A stretch of DNA of 64,000 bases from Octopus sinensis. Taxonomy: Eukaryota. This document shows, piece after piece, positions 39,576-52,467 of the stretch (positions are counted from its first letter, which is position 1; the number at the start of each line of letters is the position of its first letter). The stretch covers positions 38,874,001-38,938,000 of the forward strand of contig NC_043014.1 of assembly GCF_006345805.1 (NCBI RefSeq), read 5' to 3'. Under the pieces are notes generated by a model that worked only from the letters and a program-made list of their open reading frames with translations, did no database searches and was not told the DNA's origin. A program made the position numbers and the translations under genes.

Positions 39576-40043
39576 GGCGCAGGAGTGGCTGTGTGGTAAG
39601 TAGCTTGCTTACCAACCGCATGGTTCCGGGTTCAGTCCCATTGCGTGGCACCTTAGACAAGTGTCTTTTACTATAGCCTCGGGCTGACCAAAGCCTTGTG
39701 AGTGGATTTGGTAGATGGAAACTGAAAGAAACCCGTTGTATATATGTATATATATGTGTGCGTGTGTGTATATGTTTGTGTGTCTGTGCTTGTCCCCCAA
39801 CATCGCTTGACATCCGATGCTTGTGTGTTTATGTCCCAGTAACTTAGCGGTTGGGCAAAAGAGACCGATAGAATAAGTACTAGGTTTATATGTCCCCCGT
39901 AACTTAGTGGTTCGGCAAAAGAGACCGATAGAATAAGTACTAGGCTTACAAAGAATAAGTCCTGGGGTCGATTTGCTCGACTAAAGGCGGTGCTCCTGCA
40001 TGGCCACAGTCAAATGACTGAAACAAGTAGAAGAGTAAAAGAG
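39576..40043 (+). mobile_element. SINE family B with internal ~60-bp duplication
   Basis: TATGTCCC..AACTTAG..GAATAAGTACTAGG repeated at about 39830 and 39890. Confidence 0.9.
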
Positions 40044-40353
40044 TACTTATACACGCACACACACACACTCACGCATACCTCCAGAGTTTCAGACTGATCA
40101 TAATAAGTCAATAATCAACTTCCAGGTACTCTATTCACCTACATATCGCTTTACTATTGCCACTACTATTATCAGCAACTGCTGTTTCCTTAGTGACAAT
40201 ATTTCAACATTCATTTACAATAACAACTGTGTAGAAGCTCAATGAATATGCAGTGGATATAAATGAAGGTACCAAAGTGGCTTTTAATTGGATTGCAGTA
40301 AGATATTGATTTAAGCTTTTGCTTTTATTACTGTTATTATTATTATCATTATT

Positions 40354-41280
40354 AAGGCGGCGAGCTGGCAGAAATGTTAACACGCCGGGCGAAATGCTGA
40401 GTGGTATTTCATCTGCCGTTACGTTCTGAGTTCAAATTCCGCCAAGGTCAACTTTGCCTTTCATCCTTTCAAGGTCAATTAAATAAGTACCAGTTACGCA
40501 CTGAGATTGATATTATTGATTTAATCCGTTTGTCTGTCCTTGTCATCTCTGTGTTTAGCACTTTGTGGGTAGTAACGAATTAGGTGTTTTACCTGTTGCT
40601 ACGTTCTGAGTTCAGATTCTGCCAAGGTCGATTTTGCCTTTCATCCTTTCAGGGTTGATAAATTAAGTACCAGTTGAACACTGGAGGTTGATGTTGTAGT
40701 GACGTCATATTCCAGTGTGCGCACATGCACCGTCATTCTTCAGCATGCGTGTGCGGAACGTCCTTCTTCAGTGTGCGTGTGCGGGGTTGGAACCTTCTGG
40801 AACCTTCTGGAAAGGCATAAGGAAGTTCCCTCATGCACATGCGCTAGAGACTGAAGAATAAATTCCATAGCATTCCTTAATAGCATCGGGGACTTGAGAC
40901 ACGGCGATAGAAGAGAAAGGACATATATTTTGAAACCTGTGACCAGCCTATTCTCCTGTCCCTGACGCTTAGGATTTAACCTGGTCTATTGCTGCTGAAT
41001 TGTTGTAAAGCTTACAAACGTTTGAATTGCTGCGTTGAATTAGGTGGATACCAGCATACCATCGTGTTTCATTGTTGAACCAAGAAAATAAAGAATTATA
41101 TATATTTTTAAACTTGCGTTTCGTTCCTGACTGGTAGTTTCTAGAAACAAAAAGAAAGGAAATTGTGTTGCACCCAAGTTGCACCCAAAAAGTGTAAAGA
41201 GGCAACCAGTTCCCTTTACAATGTAATCAACACAACCCCTCCCCCAAAACAGCTGCCCTTGTGGCAAAATATGAAACCAT
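40354..41280 (+). mobile_element. Family A SINE dimer interrupted by a solo LTR
   Basis: Tail resumes at 41221 as in the uninterrupted copy at 37250-37400. Confidence 0.8.
40695..41220. mobile_element. Solo LTR (526 bp), probably Gypsy-type
   Basis: TGTA...TACA termini; 4-bp TSD ATGT at 40691-40694 and 41221-41224; internal AATAAA. Confidence 0.85.
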
Positions 41281-41334
41281 TATTATTATCATTATCATTC
41301 TTCTTCTTCTTATTATTATTATTATTCTTATTAT

Positions 41335-41890
41335 TATTGAGTGAGTGAGAGAGCAGTGCATGCCATCAAAGTGACACTGGGGTAAAATATACAAAGCCCA
41401 GTATACCCATCATGATGACCCGTCTGATAAGGGTACACCAGGCACATGCATCACAACCATATGTGCGTGACATAGTGATCTCATATCGAGATAAACAGCA
41501 CATGAACTTGCAGGTGGAGGCCCAGTTAGAATTTTCTTCTGGTCGAGTAACCCATCCTGCTCAAAAGGTCCCTGAATAAGGGTTGTTTAAGGATGTTGAA
41601 CGAAACACCCATGTTTCCAGAGGTGAATTATTCAAACCCTAAAGAATCCCTCTCAACACATGGCTATGATGCTCCCTCACTACTTCTGCTCGTGATCCGA
41701 GATGAACATTGTCAGCCACTAAGGGACATGCTCAATTGGTTAAGTCAAACAACTGACAAGCAAATCTGTGATATTGAGCAGAATATTTGCTGTAGCCCAT
41801 CTTTTATACCAAGACAAAACAATGCACATGATAACACTTCGAATCAGTTAAGATCAGAAGCCATGAGAGCCACTGCCTGGTACTGCACTG
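41335..41890. repeat. Interspersed repeat (~550 bp), unclassified
   Basis: Its first ~130 bp recur at 37415-37540 after the same SINE tail. Confidence 0.6.
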
Positions 41891-42171
41891 TTTCTTGATA
41901 CAAAAAATATATTTATTCATAAAATCCCTTATAAGTTTCCTTCCACTCTTTTCCAGATTTTACATAACATCACCATTCAAATTACAGGTTTGTAATGTTC
42001 TCCTTTGCTCTGGTCTTTTTCCTTGAGTATAAACATAAACCCTTGTTTTTCTCTACCTTGGGTAAATAGAAACTTTTATATTTCAAGCACAAAAAACCCA
42101 TCTTCAGAAGAAAAACATCCGTGAAATGTCCAGTTATGCAGGTTCCATTAACAAAATCTGCATAACTGGGA

Positions 42172-42332
42172 GTGCAGGAGTGGCTGTGTGGTAAGTAGCT
42201 TGCTTACCAACCACATGGTTCTAGGTTCAGTCCCACTGCATGGCACCTTGGGCAAGTGTCTTCTACTATAGCCTCTGGCCGACCAAAGCCTTATGAGTGG
42301 ATTTGGTAGACGGAAACTGAAAGAAGCCCGTC

Positions 42333-42382
<50 letters not shown>

Positions 42383-42590
42383 ATATATGTTTGTGTGTCT
42401 GTGTTTGGCCCTCCAACATTGCTTGACAACCGATGCCGGTGTGTTTACATCCCCATAACTTAGTGGTTCAGCATAAGAGACTGATAGAATAAGTACTAAG
42501 CTTACAAAGAATAAGTCTTGGGGTCGATTTGCTCGACTAAGGCAGTGCTCCAGCATGCCCACAGTCAAATGACTGAAACAAGTAAAAGTG
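42172..42590 (+). mobile_element. SINE family B
   Basis: Matches the family B consensus. Confidence 0.85.
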
Positions 42591-42594
42591 TAAA

Positions 42595-42960
42595 ACAGTA
42601 ACTGGATTAATGGGTTGACAGAACCTGCATAACTGGAAATTTCCCAGAATGTTTTGTTTTTTTTTCCTGAAGATGGGCCTTTGCGCTTGAAATATAAAGG
42701 TTTTATAAAACTCTCCGCATTGTCTGAAGCTTTCCTGCTTTCTTTCTTTTTACCTTCTTCAATATTACAATTCTTCAAGTCAACTACAACGCTCTTATTG
42801 GGTAATTCTAATTGTAGAAATTATTGATAAAGAATTGTTCATGACTTTGCAATATTCTCTGCTATTTCTTTAAGAAATCCAAGATGTACATCATCAATAG
42901 TGATTTGTCTGTCTTTAAGTAATTTCCTAATTTCCATTTCTCTAATACTAAAGCACTCCA
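42595..42960 (-). pseudogene. Possible pogo/Tigger-like 3' remnant, with an inverted partial copy at about 42070-42170
   Basis: CAGT-starting terminus; basic C-terminal-like reading KKKESRK..SFIK; inverted match CCAGTTATGCAGGTTC. Confidence 0.4.
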
Positions 42961-43124
42961 ACAGAATTACTTAGCCTCTTTATTATCATGTCTTCTTTCA
43001 CTTGTTTCAGTCATTTTGACTGTGGCCTTGCTGGAGCACTGCCTGGAAGGGTTTTTAGTCAAACAAACCGACTCCAAGACTTATTTCTTAAGCCTAGTGC
43101 TTATTCTATCGGTCTCCAACTGGT

Positions 43125-43662
43125 ACCTATCTTATCTACCTTGAAAGGATGAAAGGCAAAGTTGACTCAGGAGAATTTGAACTCAGAACTTTAAGACAGG
43201 CGAAATGCTGCTAAGAATTTTACCTAGCATGCTAATGATTCTGCCAGCTCGCTACCTTAGAGAGTATGTAAAAATTTTCTTGTCTACTCTAGGCATAAGG
43301 CCCGAGATTTTGGGGCAGGGGGCCAGTCGATTAGATCGACCACAGTAAGCAACTGGTACTTAATTTATCGACTCCGAAAGGATGAAAGGCAAAGTCGACC
43401 TCAGCGGAATTTGAACTCAGAACATAAAGACAGACAAAATACCTATTTCTTTATTACCCACAGAGGGGACAAACAAGGACAGACATAGGTATTAAGTCGA
43501 TTACATCGACCCCAGTGTGTAACTGGTACTTAATTTATCGACCCCGAAAGGATGAAAGGCAAAGTCGACTTCAGCGGAATTTGAACTCAGAACATAAAGA
43601 CAGACAAAATACCGCCAAGCATTTTGCCCGGTGTGCTAACGTTTCTACCAGCTCGCCGCCTT
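43125..43662 (-). mobile_element. Cluster of family A SINEs including a dimer
   Basis: Reverse-complement copies; AATACCTATTTC junction at about 43440. Confidence 0.85.
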
Positions 43663-43893
43663 GGTATGTACAAATATTGACACAAGAAGGCAATCTCTTA
43701 AATAAAAGAAAAGACAGAATGGAAGAAAGAAGGAAATAGAAAAGAAATTGAAAAAAAAGAATGAAAAAGAAGGAAAAAGGAGAAAAGGAAGAACTCAGAC
43801 TGTATATTATAAGAAGTAGAAGAAATCTTTATTAGCCTAAATGTAAAGACACATACAAATGAAACTGTCTAACGAAGAAGAAAATATTATTCG

Positions 43894-44300
43894 TAGGAGT
43901 GGCTGTGTGGTAAGTAGCTTGCCTACCAACCACATGGTTCTGGGTTCAGTCCCACTGCGTGGCATCTTGGACAAGTGTCTTCTGCTATAGCCTCGGGCCG
44001 ACCAAAGCCTTGTGAGTGGATTTGGTAGACGGAAACTGAAAGAAGCCTGTCGTATATATGTATATATATGTTATGTATGTGTGGTGTATATGTTTGTGTG
44101 TCTGTGTTTGTCCCTCTAGCATTGCTTGACAACCGATGCTGGTGTGTTTACGTCCCTGTCACTTAGCAGTTCGGCAAAAGAGACCGATAGAATAAGTACT
44201 GGGCTTACAAAGAATAAGTCCCGGGGTCGATTTGCTCGACTAAAGGCAGTGCTCCAGTATGGCCGCAGTCAAATGACTGAAACAACTAAAAGAGAAAAAA
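43894..44300 (+). mobile_element. SINE family B
   Basis: Matches the family B consensus. Confidence 0.9.
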
Positions 44301-44666
44301 AAAAGAGAGTAGTAGTATCAAGCAAAAAGTAAAAAATCAGTAAAATAACAGCCATAATGCATTCCATTACAGGATGGAGAGACTGCCTTGCCAGTGTTTA
44401 AATTAATCAATAATGAGAAGGCACGTTAGCTAACTCGTTGAAATATTACTGTTTGCGCTCCTTACTCTTTTACTTGTTTCAGTCATTTGACTGTGGCCAT
44501 GCTGGAGCACCACCTTTAGTCGAGAAAATCAACCCCAGGACTTATTCTTTGTAAGCCTTGTACTTATTCTATTGGTCTCTTTTGCCGAACCGCTAAGTTA
44601 CGGGGACGTAAACACACAAGCACTGGTTGTCAAGCGATGTTGGGTGGGACAAACACAGACACACAA

Positions 44667-44697
<31 letters not shown>

Positions 44698-44919
44698 GAT
44701 ATATATATACATACACATGACTGGCTTTCGTACTGGTGGCACGTAAAAAGCACTCACTACACTCATGGTGTGGTTGGCGTAAGGAAGAGCATCCAGCTGT
44801 AGAAACACTGCCAGATCAGACTGGAGCCTGGTACAGCCTCCTGGCTTCCCAAACCCCAGTCAAACCGTCCAACCCATGCTAGCATGGAAAACCGACATTA
44901 AACGATGATGATGATGATG

Positions 44920-44958
<39 letters not shown>

Positions 44959-46404
44959 CTTAGTTTTTCTAATGCTCGTAGCTTAGTTTTTCCTTGGGGC
45001 TGGCCGGATCGGAGCGATCTCAAGATTAATCAGCCGAAATTGCTACGATGATCCGGTTCTTGACTGAAGATTGAGGGCTTCGAATGTCCCGTCCGTTTTT
45101 TGTATCGTCTTCTAAGTGTTTTGCGTTCTTGTCCCAGTTTGTAATTTTCTACATATAATAATAATAATATATATATATATATATATACATATATACGACG
45201 AGCTTCTTTCAGTTTCCGCCTACCAAATCCACTCACAAGGCTTTGGTCAGCCCAAGGCTATAGTAGAAGACACTTGCCCAAGGTGCCACGCAGTGGGACT
45301 GAACCTGGAAGCATGTGGTTGGTAAGCAGGCTACTTACCACACAGCCACTCCTACACCATTGGATAGAATTTCTTGTAGAATTTGTTCCGGTTTTCGATG
45401 CTTCTGAGTTCCACATAGTCAATTTTGTCACTCATCTTTTTGAGGTCAATAAATAAAATCCCATCAGGCAGCGAGCTGGCAGAATCGGTTGCATGCTGGG
45501 CGAAATGCTTGGTGGCATTTCATCTGTCTTTATGTTCTGAGTTCAAATTCCACTAGAGTTGTCTTTGCCTTTCATCCTTTTGGAGTTGATAAAATAAGTA
45601 CCAGTTGAACACTGGGGATGTAATCGACTTAGCCCACCCACCCACCAAACCTCCTGGCCTTCTGCCAAAATTTGAAACCAATAAATAAAATGCTGTGAGG
45701 GCATATGGTCTGGTGGTTAAGATTGTTGCACTTACAATCATAAGGTTATGGTTTCAATTCCCAGAAAGGGTGGTGTGTAGTGCTCTTGAGCAAAATATTT
45801 TATTTTATGTTGTTTCGGTCCATTCAGCTATAAATGAGTTCCAGCAATAGCTAAGAGGTGGATGTGTATGTGTGTGTGTGTGTGTGTGTAGTTCCACGCT
45901 ACAGCTTGACAACCAGTGTTGGTTTGTTTACGTCCTCGTAGCTGTGCGGTTAGGCAAAAGGAAAGTATAGAATAAGTCACGCGATCACGTGACCGACCAG
46001 ACTATCAAATGCTGTTACACGTCGCTGGTCACAATGTGCTTTGCGTCGTTTTTTCGCCTTCGAAAGACGCCACCCCGCTGGCTAAGCAAGCAGGCCAACA
46101 TGCTCCATTGGTCGAAAGAGGAACTGGAGCAACATGAAATGGAACTCAAGAACATAACGCACCACCCAGTCTGGGAATCGAACCCACGATCTAACGATTG
46201 TGAATGCAACAGCCTAACTACTCAGATTTTAAAAGAAATAAGTACTAGGATTGATTTGTTTGACTCAACCCTTCAAGGTGGTGCCCTAGTATGACCACAG
46301 TTCACTGATCGAAATAGCTAAGAGATAGATTAATCATCGACAATTATTGTAAAATCTGATTTTGTGTAAAATGTATTTGATTTCATTTCTTACTTTTTTT
46401 TAAA

Positions 46405-46792
46405 CAAGCAGTATAGCTCGGCATTGCTTGGGCTTGTTTTCTGTTCTACCCTTTAGAATTGGAATTTTTGAAAAGTAAAAATTTTGCAATATGTAGCTTG
46501 ATTTTGCCTTTAAGTGAACATTTTTCTGGTTGAAATACACCAAAAAATGGCGACATAGTCAAAAAATCGTAAAAAAATTGGGATTTTCATAGAAAAAAAA
46601 GCACCTTTTTGATGTAAATAATTTTTGGTCTTAACATGGTCCGATTTGAATTTTTCTTCTATGGAATGAAGAACAAGCCTTCTATCATACTCTCAATTTT
46701 GGTCAACTTGCGCCGCAGGGTCTCGGAGGAGATAGTGTTAGTTGAAGGCTACCAAACCTGCCACACACAGACAACTTCAGCTTTATATATGA
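46405..46792 (-). mobile_element. Non-autonomous Helitron, unit 1 of a head-to-tail pair
   Basis: Minus strand 5' TC, 3' CTTG|T with subterminal CCC..GGG-type hairpin. Confidence 0.7.
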
Positions 46793-47190
46793 CAAGCAGT
46801 ATTGCCCAGCGTTGCTCGGGTTTGTTTTCTTTTAGTCCCTTTAGAATTGAAATTTTTGAAAAGTAAAAATGTTGCATTATGTAGCTTGTTATTCTCTTAA
46901 AGTGAACATTTTACTGGTTGAAATACACCGAAAAATGGTGACACAGCAGTAAAAAAATCGTAAAAATTAAGGATTTTCATAGAAAAAAGGCACCTTTTTG
47001 ATGTAAATAATTTTGGGTCTTAACATGGTCCGATTTGAATTTTTTCTTCTACAGAATGAAGAACAAGCCTTCTTCTATCATACTCTCAATTTTGGTCAAC
47101 TTGCGCTGCAGGGTCTCGGAAGAGATAGTGTTAGTTGAAGGTTACCAAACCTGCCATACACAGACAACTTCAGCTTTATATAGAGAGAGA
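46793..47190 (-). mobile_element. Non-autonomous Helitron, unit 2
   Basis: Minus strand A|TCTCTCTCTATATAAAG start; its CTTG end abuts the TC of unit 1. Confidence 0.7.
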
Positions 47191-47867
47191 TTTGGAAACT
47201 GAAATACAATAATTAATCAGGATAGTAATGCGACGTATTTGATGAATGGCGTGAGAACATTGTGTGATGAACACCAGGTAATTAACTTTTGCCTTTATTG
47301 CCGATTTTTAACGATTTACTGTTTGCGTTTCACTTTTAATTTGTTGCGATTTGCCAGCCATTTTAACTGTGCAGCGTTCGAAAGATCGCCAAATAGACAA
47401 AGGATAAAGGTAAAGATGGAAGAGGAAAAGTAAAGTAACAAAAAGAAACAAAAAAAAACCATTGAAAATAAAAAAAAACCGAGAAATGAAAAATTCGGAA
47501 ATAAAGTAGAGCGAACGAGACTGAAAAATACAACAAAGATTTTTTTTTATAAGCTGTCACTCTAACAATAAAATTTACACAAAAGAGATTTAAAATAAAT
47601 AATTACTTTATTTAGATAGAAATTGGTCAAATGAATTGTAAAAGTAATTATGTTACGAACATAAATAAGTAATAAAGGTTTTTATTGTGTGTGTTTGTTA
47701 AAAACGTTTATTCAATAGAAAAAAGACACAGAAGAAATGCATACATACACGCTAGTGTAGCACTCAAAGCTTCGTTCAGGTAATCAACATAGAATAAACA
47801 AACGATTGGGTTTTTAAATATACTAAACATGTTAGCAGAGGGAAAGCAAAAGAATCTGTTATATATA

Positions 47868-47911
<44 letters not shown>

Positions 47912-47914
<3 letters not shown>

Positions 47915-49600
47915 ATATTCTTCCAGTGTTCATGAAATTTTTGTATCTCTACCGTAAGGCTTCATTTCACACGCGCCACCTTAATTCAATTCGTCCTTTG
48001 TCGAAAGACACCTGTTGTTTAGTCCTGTTATTATTTTTACTGTATTTATTATTGTATTTATATTTGTGTAACTTTGTCCGTTTTTTTCCCGTCCTTGTTT
48101 TTGTATACATTCGCTGCTTCTTCCAAGGAATCTAATGCTCTTAGCTTAGTTTTTCCTAGTGGCTGGCCAGATTGAGGAACCTCAAGAATAATCAGCTGAA
48201 ATTGCGAGGATAATCTGGTGCTTGACTGATGATAGAGGGCTTCAAATGACCCATCTTTGTTTTCTTTGTATCGTCTATCTGGATGTTTTGTTGTCCCTTT
48301 TTGTATCACCTGGTTGTCCGGATGTTTTGCGTTCTTGTCCCATTTTGTATTTTATATATATATACAAGCAAAAGCCCCCCCCGTCCCATGGACAATGGTG
48401 AGTTGTCAAACATTTAAACCAATTTTTTCTCAAAACAACTTGTCCGACCGTCCCATAGGCATCCCCTTTGAGAAACACTGATCTAACCTAAATTTGAGAC
48501 ACCAGCAAAGGAAGAAATAAAGATAAACTTTTTTTCTATTCCAAAGAAAAACGATTTCCCACGGCTTTATCGATCGCATTCTCACCTGGAATCGATTTTT
48601 GTAATTTTTTCAAGACTTATACATGCCCTGATACCGTCAGTATCTACATATCAAATTCGAGCGCAATTGGATGGGGGATGCCCAAGATCATAGAAGCCAC
48701 ACAGACAGACAGAACGGATTTTATATATATTATAATAAGATATATATATATATATATATATATATTGATATTCTTCCCAGTGTTCATGAAATTTTTGTAT
48801 CTCTACCGTAAGGCTTCATTTCCACACGCGCCACCTTAATTCAATTCGTCCTTTGTCGAAAGACACCTGTTGTTTAGTCCTGTTATTATTTTTACTGTAT
48901 TTATTATTGTATTTATATTTGTGTAACTTTGTCCGTTTTTTTCCCGTCCTTGTTTTTGTATACATTCGCTGCTTTCTTCCAAGGAATCTAATGCTCTTAG
49001 CTTAGTTTTTCCTAGTGGCTGGCCAGATTGGAGGAACCTCAAGAATAATCAGCTGAAATTGCGAGGATAATCTGGTGCTTGACTGATGATAGAGGGCTTC
49101 AAATGACCCATCTTTGTTTTCTTTGTATCGTCTATCTGGATGTTTTGTTGTCCCTTTTTGTATCACCTGGTTGTCCGGATGTTTTGCGTTCTTGTCCCAT
49201 TTTGTATTTTATATATATATATACAAGCAAAAGCCCCCCCCGTCCCATGGACAATGGTGAGTTGTCAAACATTTAAACCAATTTTTTCTCAAAACAACTT
49301 GTCCGACCGTCCCATAGGCATCCCCTTTGAGAAACACTGATCTAACCTAAATTTGAGACACCAGCAAAGGAAGAAATAAAGATAAACTTTTTTTCTATTC
49401 CAAAGAAAAACGATTTCCCACGGCTTTATCGATCGCATTCTCACCTGGAATCGATTTTTGTAATTTTTTCAAGACTTATACATGCCCTGATACCGTCAGT
49501 ATCTACATATCAAATTCGAGCGCAATTGGATGGGGGATGCCCAAGATCATAGAAGCCACACAGACAGACAGAACGGATTTTATATAATATTATAATAAGA
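47912..49600. repeat. Tandem duplication of a ~855-bp unit (family G fragment plus Helitron-like element)
   Basis: Units start at 47912 and 48765; Helitron-like parts at 48365-48740 and 49224-49600 (minus A|TC..CTTG|T). Confidence 0.9.
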
Positions 49601-49937
49601 TATATATATATATATATAATCAAAGGACATACAATGTCTACCAGCTGGAAATAACAGCCAAAAATCTTATTTAAACACTGACAATAACTACCGAAATCAA
49701 CCGTCTGCGAACATACGGGTTTAGAAAATCATTCAATATACCAATATAACATCCAGCTATATATTTTTAAGTATTTGGACAAGTGAGATTCGGGTGAAAA
49801 AAAAAAACTTGAAGAATGCTGTGCAAAGTTCGTCCAGTTATTGGCTACCAGGTGTCATCATACAGTAGAGATGCACATGCTACTGGATATACTTCAGAAA
49901 TTCCATAATTTCCTTAGAGTTTATATAAATAGATTAA

Positions 49938-50297
49938 AGACAAGAAATGGAATTAATGAGATTCTTTATTCAAAATTACCACAATTGTTTCGATGCATTC
50001 TTGCACCTGTAATATACAGGTGAGATGTTGTGCAGTCAATTGTCTACAGTACAGGTGAAGAATGTACCTCCTCAGGTGGCTTTTTAAACAGGTTCCTCGT
50101 TATGATATAAATACATTTCTCGCTATGGATATAGCGAGAAACTTGTTCGAACAGTCAACTGAGGAGGTGCGTTCTACACCTGTACTATAAGATAACTGAC
50201 TGCACATCTCACCTGTGTATTACAGATGCAAGAATGCGCCGCAATAATTGTAGCGTTTTTGGATTTTAAAAAATCCCATTAGTTCCATTTTCTGTCT
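49938..50297. mobile_element. Palindromic MITE, Kolobok-like ends
   Basis: TTAA|AGACA...TGTCT|TTGA; imperfect inverted arms over most of its length; central hairpin TTTCTCGCTAT-GGAT-ATAGCGAGAAA. Confidence 0.6.
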
Positions 50298-50456
50298 TTG
50301 AGAACGTGGCTGTGCGGTAAGAAGCTTGCTTCCCAACCATATGGTTTCAGGTTCAGCTCAACCGTGTGACACCTTGGGCAAGTGTCTTCTACTATGGCCT
50401 CGGGCAGACCAAAGCCTTGTGAGTGGATCTGATAAATGGAAACTGAAAGATGCCCG

Positions 50457-50492
<36 letters not shown>

Positions 50493-50495
<3 letters not shown>

Positions 50496-50632
50496 ATTGC
50501 AGCGTGGAAGGTGTTTGTAAGCCATTTAAGAAACACACAAAAGCCGTTCGATTCACTTCAACATTTAAGTGAATCGAACGGCTTTTGTGTGTTTCTTAAA
50601 TGGCTTACAAACACCTTCCACGCTGCAATTGT
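50493..50632. repeat. Perfect inverted repeat (66-bp arms, 8-nt loop)
   Basis: Arms 50493-50558 and 50567-50632; the right arm and beyond match 5265-5385. Confidence 0.95.
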
Positions 50633-50909
50633 TTTCGTTTCAGCACACGATCTCAGATCAAATCACTTGCTATGCGACTACATCTCCCTATATATATATA
50701 TTTGTGTATGTATCTGTTTTTTTCTTCCCGCCATCGCTTGACAACTGATGTTGGTGTGTTTACGTCCGCGTAACTAAGCGGTTCGGCAAAAGACACCGAT
50801 AGAATAAGTACTAGGCTTGCAAAGAATAAGTGCTGGGGTCGATTTGTTCAACTAAAAGGTGGTGCTCCAGCAAGGCCAAAATCAAATGACTGAAAGAAGT
50901 AAAATAATA

Positions 50910-50971
<62 letters not shown>

Positions 50972-52049
50972 ATAGACACACTCACACACATACACAAAGA
51001 AGAAGAAGAAGAAGAAGAAGAAGAAGAAGAAGAAGAAGAAGATTATTGGGATACTAGAATTTCACTATAAATATTGTTGCGTTCGAGGTGTACCATAAAT
51101 TATTCTTGAAAGTTTCACCAGGCGTGAGTTATATTCCGTAGAGCAGACATGGAATTGAGTATCATAACTATCGCTATGATCGTCTATGGAATAGGAAGAG
51201 TAGAGTTTGGTGTCAAGTAGCTTAAATTTTGGATTTAATTCCTTCCACCACAAAGCTTAGGTAAGTGTTTTGTGTTACGATCAGCAGAATTGGTAGATAT
51301 TTTAGGACAACCTTTATAGTTTGCCTAAGTTTCTCGAAATAAATCTTCCTGAAATAAATTTTGTGCAACCCAAGTAGGTAAGACATAGTCAAAGTAAGGG
51401 GAAGAATGTTGTTGCTTTTATATATTTGTGGAAACATAGCTTCATCAAACAGGTAATATAATAAGTCTACGAAATAGAAATAGGTGAGATGAAACCATTT
51501 TGTATACATGATGAATTTGGCGGTTAAATTTGCCAACAGCAGTACGCTAAAATCCCTGATATTTATGTATGCTTGTAAAAATAATGTGTGTGTTGTGGTT
51601 GATAGCATTCCATGTGTTTCAGAAAAGAATAAACCAGCATTTTTCCCTTTATTTTTGTTTTATTTTTCTTGCTAAAGTACATGTCCCACTTACATGTCCT
51701 ATCTATAGTGGGATGTAAGTCATGTTTTCTGATTTTGTACGATAGCATCAATATAGTAAAGAACGTGCGTAGGGTTGTTTGGCATAGATAAAACATGTTT
51801 CCATGGTTGTTAGAAACCAACGTAATTACGGCCAAAATAAGTATCAGCAATGTCATTAATAGATAAAAAAAGAAATGAGATTGGAGCTATCATGCTTCCA
51901 TCACAGAATGGATCACAAACTCTTAACCATTTGAATTCTTCAATGAAGAACGTGGCTTCGCTATTTATCTAAAAAGACGATTATGTATTCCGTAAACAGA
52001 GGAAGCATTTGCACGCTAGCTTCGTGGGGTATAAATATTAAAAGCTACA

Positions 52050-52467
52050 AAGGCGGCGAGCTGGCAGAAACGTTAGCACGCCGGGCGAAATGCGCAGCCG
52101 TATTTCGTCTGCCGTTACGTTCTGAGTTCAAATTCCGCCGAGGTCGACTTTGCCTTTCATCCTTTCGGGGTCGATTTAAATAAGTACCGGTTACGCACTG
52201 GGGCTCGATGTAATCGACTTAATCCGTTTGTCTGTCCTTGTTTATCCTCTCTGTGTTTAACCCCTTGTGGGTAGTAAAGAAATAGGTATTTCGTCTGCCG
52301 CTACGTTCTGAGTTCAAATTCCGCCGAGGTCGACTTTGCCTTTCATCCTTTCGGGGGTCGATTTAAATAAGTACCGGTTACGCACTGGCGTCGATGTAAT
52401 CGACTTCATCCGTTTGTCTGTCCTTGTTTGTCATCTCTGTGTTTAGCCCCTTGTGGCTAGTAAAGAA
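52050..52467 (+). mobile_element. Family A SINE dimer with 19-bp TSD
   Basis: ATAAATATTAAAAGCTACA at 52031-52049 and 52468-52486. Confidence 0.95.

Noticed and set aside
45055-45095. Family G CTGAAGA..GAA as a hammerhead
   Set aside because: GAA is followed by T rather than A15.1, and there is no helix I or III pairing.
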